Shown here: positions 25,037-32,392 of the stretch, piece after piece
How positions within the stretch are numbered: position 1 is the first letter of the stretch
How the letters are laid out: every line of letters starts with the position of its first letter
Assembly (NCBI GenBank): GCA_910588205.1
Contig: CAJUQK010000012.1
Coordinates: 467 to 64,466 of the forward strand
DNA: 64,000 nucleotides
Direction: 5' to 3'
Origin: an uncultured Eggerthellaceae bacterium
GTDB taxonomy: Bacteria > Actinomycetota > Coriobacteriia > Coriobacteriales > Eggerthellaceae
The notes under the pieces: model-generated
Seen by the model: the letters and a program-made list of their open reading frames with translations, nothing else
What the model was told of the DNA's origin: nothing
Databases searched by the model: none
Made by a program: the position numbers and the translations under genes

Positions 25037-26776
25037 TCAGCGTAGCGCTCGCTCCACATCGAGCCTGTCGTGATCGAGGGAGCGGTCGCGCTCACCGCGC
25101 ATGCCGCCACGCACTGCGCAATAGGCCATGCTTCGCGAAGCGCTTTCCAGAACGGATAAGATTCCAAGAAGCTCTGCTCCTGGCTGGCGATCGTGGTCGG
25201 CCGAGCGCTCCGCATCCTGCAAGGCTCGTTCGGCAACGTTCCTGGCGAACGCATCGACGAACCTTCCGTGCGCCTGTTCATAGGCATCTCGCACGGGTGC
25301 TCCTGTACGCTGCGCCTGCTCTTGGGCTGCTTCTCGCAAAGATGCCCCGAGAACGCTCCCAGAGGCCGCTCTCTCGGCATACGACCGCGCAGCAGCCATC
25401 GCTCGCCCTGTGAGCGCATCTACGCTTCCAGCGCGGCGCACAGCGGCTCTCACGGCCTTATAGTCCCTCTCCATGCCTCGCACTTGCCTGAGCGAGATAC
25501 CGTATGCGCGGCTCACGGCATCCCTTGAGGCACGACTGCCAAATGCGATCAGCGGGCGTCTGGCTGCACGTCCGACTGCACGCTCTGCACTGCGGCCAGT
25601 CCATGATCGCTCGTTGCGGAAGCGAGCATCGTCGCCGACTACCCCGCGCACTATCTTGCTTGACACGCGCTTGAGGAACTCATCACGCTCGCCCTTGATG
25701 AGCGCATTGCGCTCTCGTGCGAAGCCACTATCGCCATAGCCCTTGAGATCTGCGAGCACCTCAGCGCATCTTCGGTACTCGCCAGATAGATGGGCGAACG
25801 ATGGGCTCTCCTTCTCAAGCAGCCGAACCAGGTCACGAGCGATGCCGTATGCCTTCCAGTTATGGGCCAGACGCCCATGGTCGCCGTCGAGGCTCACCCT
25901 CATTGCATCGAGCAGCTTCGTTGCCTTCGCCTGCCCCGCTGCGGACAGGTCGGACCTGTCTGACAACCGGTACTCGAGCCCGTAGCGCAAAGCCGTCTGC
26001 TCTAGCCTTCGCGCGTCGGCTTGGGATACAGGAAGCCCGAGCTGCCTGCGTGCCTCAAAGCGGCTCAGGTCCCTGATATGGTTCCTGCGGATGTCGCGCT
26101 CCTCGCGGATCCGAGCGTAGCCCACGCGATAGATCTCCTCCTTGCCGGCACGGGTGCCCTCACGGGATACCGTGTAGCCTGGCTGGATCTCACCGCGAGC
26201 CGACCAGGTGTAGATGTGCGCATGGACTGACCGTGCCGCATCGGTGTGGTAGCACGCCACCCAGCGGATGTCCTCCGGGTTCCGGATCGCGCCCCACTTC
26301 TCCACGTTTCGCTGCCACGAGCATCGAAGCAGCCTTTGCATGTCCTCCTTAGTGGAAAGCCCGAGCGCCTCCATGTGCTCGCGCTTGACGGTCACGATGG
26401 AATCGACGAACGCGCCTCCGGATGCTCGCATGGACGCCTCCACCTGCTCGCGTGCCACGGGACCATGTTGGTCCCAATAGGTCGCATCCTCCTGGCGTCC
26501 CAAGCCCTTGGCCACGTATTTGCCGAGCCTGCCGATGTAGTCCAACCTGTCGCGCACGAGGGCATCGTCATAGGCGGTCGCATCGCGTTCGATGTCCGAG
26601 CGTTCCTGGTATTCGCCCTCTCTGCCTATGTAGTCGAGCCCAAGGGAAACGCTCTGCGATGACATGGGTATGGCGCCGGTGTTCCTGGACCCTACAGCCT
26701 GTGAATGGTCCCGTGGCGTATGGCGGACGATGATCGCGCGATGGATCGGGATGCCGCCGCTATAGCGTGCCGTCAT
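25037..26776 (-). CDS. Relaxase (HUH-type; MobL/MOB-P/Q-like 3-His motif)
   Basis: YHTDAARSVHAHIY matches the HxDxxxxHxH motif. N-terminal LDYIGREGEY is a candidate catalytic-Tyr region. Long Ala/Arg-rich C-terminus. The alternative start ATG 26665 cannot be excluded. Confidence 0.8.
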   Translation of the reverse strand: MTARYSGGIPIHRAIIVRHTPRDHSQAVGSRNTGAIPMSSQSVSLGLDYIGREGEYQERSDIERDATAYDDALVRDRLDYIGRLGKYVAKGLGRQEDATYWDQHGPVAREQVEASMRASGGAFVDSIVTVKREHMEALGLSTKEDMQRLLRCSWQRNVEKWGAIRNPEDIRWVACYHTDAARSVHAHIYTWSARGEIQPGYTVSREGTRAGKEEIYRVGYARIREERDIRRNHIRDLSRFEARRQLGLPVSQADARRLEQTALRYGLEYRLSDRSDLSAAGQAKATKLLDAMRVSLDGDHGRLAHNWKAYGIARDLVRLLEKESPSFAHLSGEYRRCAEVLADLKGYGDSGFARERNALIKGERDEFLKRVSSKIVRGVVGDDARFRNERSWTGRSAERAVGRAARRPLIAFGSRASRDAVSRAYGISLRQVRGMERDYKAVRAAVRRAGSVDALTGRAMAAARSYAERAASGSVLGASLREAAQEQAQRTGAPVRDAYEQAHGRFVDAFARNVAERALQDAERSADHDRQPGAELLGILSVLESASRSMAYCAVRGGMRGERDRSLDHDRLDVERALR

Positions 26777-27215
26777 CTATGCTCTCATCCTGCATCATGG
26801 AATGCCTCAAGCCATCGAAGCCGAGCCACAATCCTCTCTCAAGGGCGAGCTGCAGCCGCTCGCCTCCATGGCCATCAACGCCCTCCGATCCCTCCAAGAG
26901 CCCCAACGCGCATGCCAGCGCCGCACCAGCCAGCACCCTCAGGTCATCCATGTCCAGCCTCAGCTCATTCGCCAGGCGGCAATAGAGGTCATCAGCGCTG
27001 AACTCGCGCTGCACGCGCTCTTGCTCAAGGAAGGAATCGAACTCGTCGCGTATCGCTTGGCGAACGAGCGGAGCCCACGCACGCTGCGCCTCGTTCATCA
27101 CCCCTTGCTCAATGAGGTCACGCGCGAATGCGGCAGGAGCCTTCCCGCTCTTCGCCGCGAGCATGTCCAGCTGCCTCTTCACATCCTCGTCGATGCGCAC
27201 CGTGAGCCTATCCAT
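26760..27215 (-). CDS. Ribbon-helix-helix relaxosome accessory protein
   Basis: MDRLTVRIDEDVKRQLDMLAAKSG is an RHH motif. Overlaps the relaxase start. Confidence 0.65.
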   Translation of the reverse strand: MDRLTVRIDEDVKRQLDMLAAKSGKAPAAFARDLIEQGVMNEAQRAWAPLVRQAIRDEFDSFLEQERVQREFSADDLYCRLANELRLDMDDLRVLAGAALACALGLLEGSEGVDGHGGERLQLALERGLWLGFDGLRHSMMQDESIDDGTL

Positions 27216-27882
27216 TGCGCTTGCCCTTCTGCACCTTGGCCGCGAGCGAGCTCATGGCTTGCACGTCATCGCCCTTCAGGATCGCAGCCCACTCATCCTC
27301 GTCGCGCCCCATCAAGCCGAGCTCTCCCAATTCGAAGAGCTCGATCGCGGACGCCCAAGCGGCAAGGAAGGACGTCTTCGGGTCCCGGCTGAGCTTCCCG
27401 CCCAATTCCGAATAGGCCATGCGGAATATCTCGTCGGGCTCCTTGGCGTTCGCGAGCCTACCCAACGATGCCGGCACCTTCACATTCTCCGCAGCTTGCT
27501 TGTTGTCCAAGACCCGAGCGAGCATCTGCCCTCTCATCAACGCCTCGTTGGCGAGGAACCTCAGCAGATCCGGAGTGAAGGAGCTCATTAGCGCCAGCAC
27601 GCCCAGGCTCGCTTGCGATGCCTTGCCGGCTCGCTTGGACGCAAGCCCGCAGTCCTTGGCGATGCCCTCTATGCGCTCGGCAATGAGAGCCAACGACTCT
27701 GCTAGGCCATCGGAAGCCGAAGCATCCTCAAGCGCTCGCCCCAACAGATCGGCTACCGCAGAGCTCATGGACATGCCGTGGGCTTTCCCATAGGTCTCGA
27801 TGCGGCCTTTCAGATCCGCTGACAATCGTGCGTGGACTACTTCGGTCTTCAGCCCTTTGGCGGCTTGCTCATCTTGTTGCAT
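27208..27882 (-). CDS. Second RHH-domain protein of the MOB operon
   Basis: VVHARLSADLKGRIETYGKAHGMSMSSAVADLL is an RHH motif. Start at ATG 27882 (AAAGGAA RBS); alternatives are 27903 and 27948. 8-nt overlap with the next gene. Confidence 0.5.
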   Translation of the reverse strand: MQQDEQAAKGLKTEVVHARLSADLKGRIETYGKAHGMSMSSAVADLLGRALEDASASDGLAESLALIAERIEGIAKDCGLASKRAGKASQASLGVLALMSSFTPDLLRFLANEALMRGQMLARVLDNKQAAENVKVPASLGRLANAKEPDEIFRMAYSELGGKLSRDPKTSFLAAWASAIELFELGELGLMGRDEDEWAAILKGDDVQAMSSLAAKVQKGKRNG

Positions 27883-28202
27883 GCGAGGTTCCTTTCCGTT
27901 CATAGGAAGAGAATCTCCCAGGCAACAAAGGCTTTCATGCAGCATCACCAGTCAAGGTCAGATTGTCCTGGACAAGTACTTACGTGTACACGTCAAGCCT
28001 GTGTAGACATGCTCCCACCTGCAGGTTCCCCACAGAGCGCTGTCGCTTCCCTGGCAAACCGAACACAAAGCATGAGACCGAGCCGCTCAATCCCGCGCAC
28101 TCAATCACAATGGAAGATGCCCTGTTCAACGCCCCTTTTCGGCTTGCCGAAAATGCCAATATAGCTCGTAAGAGCGTCTCGCCCTTATCCTGTATAAACC
28201 GA

Positions 28203-28234
28203 CCCGGAGCAAAATGTCGTGATTCTGCTCCGGG
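28203..28234 (-). terminator. Hairpin downstream of dprA
   Basis: 9-bp stem CCCGGAGCA/TGCTCCGGG with a 14-nt loop, 7 nt after the dprA stop. The T-tract is weak. Confidence 0.4.
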
Positions 28235-28240
28235 TGAGAA

Positions 28241-28933
28241 CTAGGCGGTGATACCGCACAGCGCATACAGCTGATCTGAGAACGTCTCTTCGTCCACGAT
28301 CGGCGTAGCCCCTTGGTATATGAGCCGGTTCGCTCCGCGTGACACCGGTGAGGTGATCGGACCGGGCATGGCGAATACCTCCTTGTCCGATTCGAGCGCA
28401 TCATCGGCGGTCGAGAACGTCCCGGATGGAAGCCCCGCCTCGATGATGAACACCGCTTTCGACTGTCCTGCCGTCAGTCGGTTCCGCGCTCTGAACATGA
28501 AGGGCAGCGGCGGCGTATCCCACTCATGCTCCGACACTATCGCCCCGCCCTTCTCTATGACCTGCTGGAATAGACCGGTGTTCTCGCTGGGGTAGACCAC
28601 ATCGCAGCCGCCGCCCAGGAACACCACCGCACGACCGTCGTGCTCAACGCAGCTTCTCAGTGCCGCCGCATCGCATCCTCGCGCACCTCCTGTGACCAGA
28701 GGGATGTCCCGCTCTGCGAGCATTGCGGCGAACTTCGCAACGCATTCCCTTCCGTATGGGGTCGCTTTCCGTGCGCCCACGATTGCCACGCCTTCGATAC
28801 TCAGAGCATCCAGAGAGCCGATGACGTACAGCTTCTCTGGCGGCATCGGGATGCGGCGCAGCGCTTCCGGGAACATCACATCATCCGCCGTGACTACGTA
28901 ACGTGCGCCTTCGAGTTTCGCTTGGGTGTTCAT
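28241..28933 (-). CDS. dprA: DNA-processing protein DprA/Smf, short single-domain form
   Basis: VAIVGARKATPYG…VTGGARGCDAAA…GGGCDVVYPSEN…FRARNRL…EAGLPSGTFSTA matches the DprA Rossmann-like core. Confidence 0.85.
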   Translation of the reverse strand: MNTQAKLEGARYVVTADDVMFPEALRRIPMPPEKLYVIGSLDALSIEGVAIVGARKATPYGRECVAKFAAMLAERDIPLVTGGARGCDAAALRSCVEHDGRAVVFLGGGCDVVYPSENTGLFQQVIEKGGAIVSEHEWDTPPLPFMFRARNRLTAGQSKAVFIIEAGLPSGTFSTADDALESDKEVFAMPGPITSPVSRGANRLIYQGATPIVDEETFSDQLYALCGITA

Positions 28934-28948
28934 ATCCTGCTCCTTTTC

Positions 28949-29806
28949 CTAGTTGGATTGATGCTGTTCAGAGGTTGGCTGCTCGGCTGCGGTCTTGAGC
29001 ATGAGGCGCAGCGCGAACCGTGCGTTGGCGGTGAGCTGGCGCTGCCATGCTCCCTGCTTCGGCGACCAACGGAATCCGTTCTTCTTGAGCGTCCCCCGAA
29101 TCTCGTCGGAGGGCTTGCCATCGAACACCAACTGCAAGCGCATAAGTTCCACGTTCTCGATGACGGTGACCTGCTCGCCCATGAACTCGATGCGTCTCTC
29201 GCTCGTGCCCTTCTCCTTGGCAGCTTCAAGGCTTTCGAGCCGCTTCTTCGTGGCGCGAATCTTCTGGGAGTTGTTTGAGAGCGTGTAGGGGGCGTACGGG
29301 GCTTGCTTTCCCTCCTTGCGTGCTTGGGCATTCGCCGCCTTCATGCTCTCCTGCTTCTCGGTCAGCTCCGCTATCTTCTCGCGCAGTTTCTCAGGCGCGT
29401 CATCGACTCCGGCTTTGATGACCTTGGACGGTTCGCCCAGCTTGCGGATGCGCTCCTTTACACCAATGATGTTCCGATAGTCTTCCCAGAGCCTGTCAGT
29501 GGCGCGGTTCTGCTTCTCCTTCTTGCGCACGGGGAAGTTTGCAGGACCGGCAATGAGCATGCTGGGGCACATGGAATCGATGCGGTACTTTCTGTTGTAC
29601 CAGTTAGCCAGCCGCTTCGCGAACTTGTCTGCCATTTCCAAAGCTGCATTTCTCTGGTCGGGGCTGCGCTGGGCTGCCTCCTCGGCAATCTCATAGGCTT
29701 GGTCAACCTCTTGCATGTACTCCTTCTCGTCGCTGTTGAACGCGCCCATGTGGTTCATGCTCCATGCAGTGCGAGCGGTATCTTCGTTGATTGGGTAGTA
29801 CCTCAT
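28949..29806 (-). CDS. DUF3560-like protein (common on conjugative elements; function unknown)
   Basis: Start at ATG 29806 with an AAAGGAGGAA RBS; the ORF-track extension to 29980 is Arg-rich junk. C-terminal LKKNGFRWSPKQGAWQRQL resembles the DUF3560 signature as I recall it. Confidence 0.5.
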   Translation of the reverse strand: MRYYPINEDTARTAWSMNHMGAFNSDEKEYMQEVDQAYEIAEEAAQRSPDQRNAALEMADKFAKRLANWYNRKYRIDSMCPSMLIAGPANFPVRKKEKQNRATDRLWEDYRNIIGVKERIRKLGEPSKVIKAGVDDAPEKLREKIAELTEKQESMKAANAQARKEGKQAPYAPYTLSNNSQKIRATKKRLESLEAAKEKGTSERRIEFMGEQVTVIENVELMRLQLVFDGKPSDEIRGTLKKNGFRWSPKQGAWQRQLTANARFALRLMLKTAAEQPTSEQHQSN

Positions 29807-29973
29807 ACTGTTCCTCCTTTGACTTGAATGACTTCTTGTGCGGGGAAAGGAGGTGCGGCTGTTCATGCATTGCGTAGGTGCTCTATTAGGCCGCGCCTTC
29901 TTCTCCGTTCGAGCCGACCTCAATCGCGCTCTTGGCGATTGGTGCCGTGGCATCAATCGCTTGACTGCGATCA

Positions 29974-30115
29974 AACCCATCGACCGTGCATGTCAAGGCG
30001 GAAAGCCACATAGGCGCGCAGCGCCGGTTCCTGCACCAAAGTTTTCGCGCGGTCTTTGCGAAAAGCTTTGTGCGGGAAATGTGCGTGCCTTGACATGCCC
30101 CGAGGGCGATGGGTT
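29974..30115. promoter_or_regulatory. Nested inverted repeats in a 413-bp non-coding gap (candidate ssDNA promoter, oriT or ssi-type structure)
   Basis: Outer arms AACCCATCG…GCATGTCAAGGC (29974-29999) and GCCTTGACATGC…CGATGGGTT (30087-30115). Inner arms CAAAGTTTTCGC (30037-30048) and GCGAAAAGCTTTG (30058-30070). Confidence 0.5.
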
Positions 30116-30219
30116 AAGCCCAGCGGCGCTTGAGCGAATGGTCCAGGTGCCGATGATTATCGAGTTAGCCATTGCAATTACTCCTTATCCTCGTCATCGG
30201 AAAGCCCGGCCAAACGCTC

Positions 30220-30693
30220 TCAGCGGGCGACCGTCGCTTTCGACGTATCGGTGCCGGCGGGCTTCAAACCGGTCGTACCGCTCTGCTGCTCGCCTTCGCC
30301 TTCGGCATTCGTCTCGCCGTCTGCGAATAGCCAGGGCTCGGCGGCCTTCAGTGCGGCAACATCGCCGTCGTGGTCGTCTAGCAGCGCACGGGCGGCACGG
30401 GTCGAATGGCACCCGGCAAGCGTCAGCTCGTGGTCGATCTCTTGGGTGGCAAGCTGCGCTTCCAGCTCCGTGATGCGTGCGTCGCGCTCGGCGATCTGCG
30501 CTTCGTAGTCGGCTTGCGAGGCTTCCGTCGCTTGCGCGTCCTCAGCGCCGCCGGCTTCCTCGTCACCGCTCACTTCTTGCGCTTGCAGCGTGCCGCCGCC
30601 TGTGTCCGACAGGTTCCCACCCGCTTGTGTCGCTTCGGTCTGTTCAACCTCCGCAGCCGTCCCGCCCTGCGCAGCACCGTTCTCTCCGTCCAT
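30220..30693 (-). CDS. Acidic coiled-coil protein, function unknown
   Basis: 157 aa with an E/D/Q/A-rich N-half and AQIAERDARITELEAQL coiled segment. Vaguely like a phage scaffold protein; not assignable. Confidence 0.4.
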   Translation of the reverse strand: MDGENGAAQGGTAAEVEQTEATQAGGNLSDTGGGTLQAQEVSGDEEAGGAEDAQATEASQADYEAQIAERDARITELEAQLATQEIDHELTLAGCHSTRAARALLDDHDGDVAALKAAEPWLFADGETNAEGEGEQQSGTTGLKPAGTDTSKATVAR

Positions 30694-30826
30694 GAATCAC
30701 TCATAACGTTCACGCCACCATCCCACCCGCCGCATTTCGCGGCTCTGGCCGATTACGCAAGCACCTCGCTTGCGCTGTAAGGAGTTTCGGAGAGTGTCAC
30801 GAAATGAGCATTGATATAATCTCTCT

Positions 30827-31336
30827 ATGAGATATGCAATAGCTTCTGACATACATGGGTCTGCTTATTGGTGTGCAAAGCTATTAGATGGCGTTGAGCG
30901 CGAAAAGGCCGACAGGCTAATTTTGCTTGGCGACCTGATGTATCACGGCCCGCGAAACCCGCTTCCGGATGGATATGATCCAATCAGCGTTGCCGCGCAA
31001 CTCAATGAACTTTCAAATCGCATCATTGCTGTGCGCGGGAATTGCGATTCGGAAGTCGATCAAATGCTGCTCGATTTTCCCTGCATGCAAGATTATGCCC
31101 TCATTCTAGATGGAGGGACCCAGTTATTTTGTACGCATGGGCATTTGGGGTTAGAAAAAATGATAAGGCGCCTTTCAGAAGGCTCAATCGTCCTTACGGG
31201 GCACACTCACATCAAGGAGAACAAGCTCGATCACAATGTTCGCTATCTCAATCCTGGAAGCGTCAGTATGCCCAAAGATGGCTCGCACAGCTTTTTAATT
31301 TATGAGGATGGGACTGCAGAAATAGTGTCGCTTTGA
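30827..31336 (+). CDS. yfcE: YfcE-family metallophosphoesterase (phosphodiesterase)
   Basis: ASDIHGS, LGDLMYHGPRNPLPDGYDP, AVRGNCDSEVDQMLL, THGH and GHTH are near-identical motif order to E. coli YfcE. Confidence 0.9.
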   Translation: MRYAIASDIHGSAYWCAKLLDGVEREKADRLILLGDLMYHGPRNPLPDGYDPISVAAQLNELSNRIIAVRGNCDSEVDQMLLDFPCMQDYALILDGGTQLFCTHGHLGLEKMIRRLSEGSIVLTGHTHIKENKLDHNVRYLNPGSVSMPKDGSHSFLIYEDGTAEIVSL

Positions 31337-31384
31337 TTCAGTAGATTGCTTTTGAATTCCGCTGAATCAGCCTTTATGTGATTT

Positions 31385-31419
31385 GCGGCGAAAAGAGTAC
31401 CAAGTTCTCTTTTCGCCGC
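31385..31419. repeat. REP-like perfect hairpin (13-bp stem) next to the RAYT remnant
   Basis: GCGGCGAAAAGAG-taccaagtt-CTCTTTTCGCCGC. No U-tract on either strand. Confidence 0.45.
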
Positions 31420-31509
31420 GTGACTCTATCCAACATGAGGGTACAGGGGTCGGTTCTGCGTACCGCATTTGCTATCATCCATTGCCTTTAAGAGTGGAAG
31501 AGGGGATGC

Positions 31510-31683
31510 ATGCCGCGCAGGCCAAGAGAAGAATGCGAATCGCAGATATACCACGTCGTGCAGCGTGGAGTTGGTCAGCAGATGATCTTTGAGGATGACG
31601 ATGATAGGCGATTCTTCCTGGAGCTCCTTCGAAAGCATCTATGCGATGGGTCGCCTTCTTCGTTGCTGGCATGGTGCTTAACC
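31510..31683 (+). pseudogene. 5' remnant of a REP-associated tyrosine transposase (RAYT / IS200-like Y1 transposase)
   Basis: MPRRPREECESQIYHVVQRGVGQQMIFEDDDDRRFFLELL…LLAWCL matches the RAYT N-terminus. Similarity stops before the expected NH.H motif. Confidence 0.7.
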
Positions 31684-31714
31684 CCGTCCCAATACATCCA
31701 ATGCATCTTCATGA

Positions 31715-32383
31715 TCATCGTGAATAGTACCAGCGAATGGCATTCCCATCGGTGATGCCATAGGCGTTCGCCGCTCTCATCGGCGTCACCCCATCAACGG
31801 AGTACATCCAGCCACTGCTTGCCCCGTACATACCCGCGTACAGGCCATCGATCGAAGACACGTAAGATGAGGAGCCCGTAAAGGCGATGCCCGTTGCGCG
31901 CAGCGCGTCCATGACCGTGCTGCCTGGGGAAAGCTCAAGCGTGAAGCTTCCCATGGAGGAAGGCCATCCTTCTCCCTGTACCGACGAAGCGTCGATGATC
32001 AGCGAAATCCGAATCTTCGAATCCGAAGCGCCAACGTCATCCGCCCCTTCCGGTGATGATTCGCTCGGCAATGCATGCGTCGATGCATTGCCGCTTTCTG
32101 ATGTAGGAGCCTGCGCGTCGCGATCGTCTGCATCGACCATCTCTGAGCCTGCGGGCTCATTCTTGGAAAGGCCTTTGGCGCTCCCTTGCGGCGTCTCCCC
32201 TTGGCCCTCTTGCGGAATGCCCTCCTTGCCTTCGCCACTCTGCTGGAGGGAGGCTTCCAATGCGGCATCCGAAGTGCTAGACAGAGCGTCCCAACTCATC
32301 GCCGTTGCTGACGATGCTATGAGGATCACCAGCGAGACAGCCGCAAGCACTCCAGCAATGGCCTTGCGTCGGCCATCTTTCAT
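31715..32383 (-). CDS. Secreted/anchored DUF4430-domain protein
   Basis: N-terminal TM/signal and a low-complexity linker. C-terminal GSTVMDALRATGI…SYVSSIDGL…SSGWMYSVDG…YGITDGNAIRWYY fits the DUF4430 pattern. Confidence 0.7.
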   Translation of the reverse strand: MKDGRRKAIAGVLAAVSLVILIASSATAMSWDALSSTSDAALEASLQQSGEGKEGIPQEGQGETPQGSAKGLSKNEPAGSEMVDADDRDAQAPTSESGNASTHALPSESSPEGADDVGASDSKIRISLIIDASSVQGEGWPSSMGSFTLELSPGSTVMDALRATGIAFTGSSSYVSSIDGLYAGMYGASSGWMYSVDGVTPMRAANAYGITDGNAIRWYYSR

Positions 32384-32392
32384 GGTCGTTCC

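Larger units (their letters stand above)
1..30790. mobile_element. Conjugative element segment (ICE or integrated plasmid). Contains damage-tolerance and ssDNA genes, a T4SS, sortase-adhesin cargo, AbiE, a MOB operon and leading-region genes. Left end is outside the window; right end is approximate.
   Basis: Contiguous T4CP, VirB4, VirB6-like, CHAP hydrolase, relaxase, SSB and DprA genes. Composition drops sharply to AT-rich DNA near 30.79 kb. Confidence 0.7.

Noticed and set aside
30220-30693. Phage scaffold/DUF4355-like identity for the acidic coiled-coil protein.
   Set aside because: Only compositional resemblance and one loosely similar C-terminal segment support it. No other phage structural genes are nearby.
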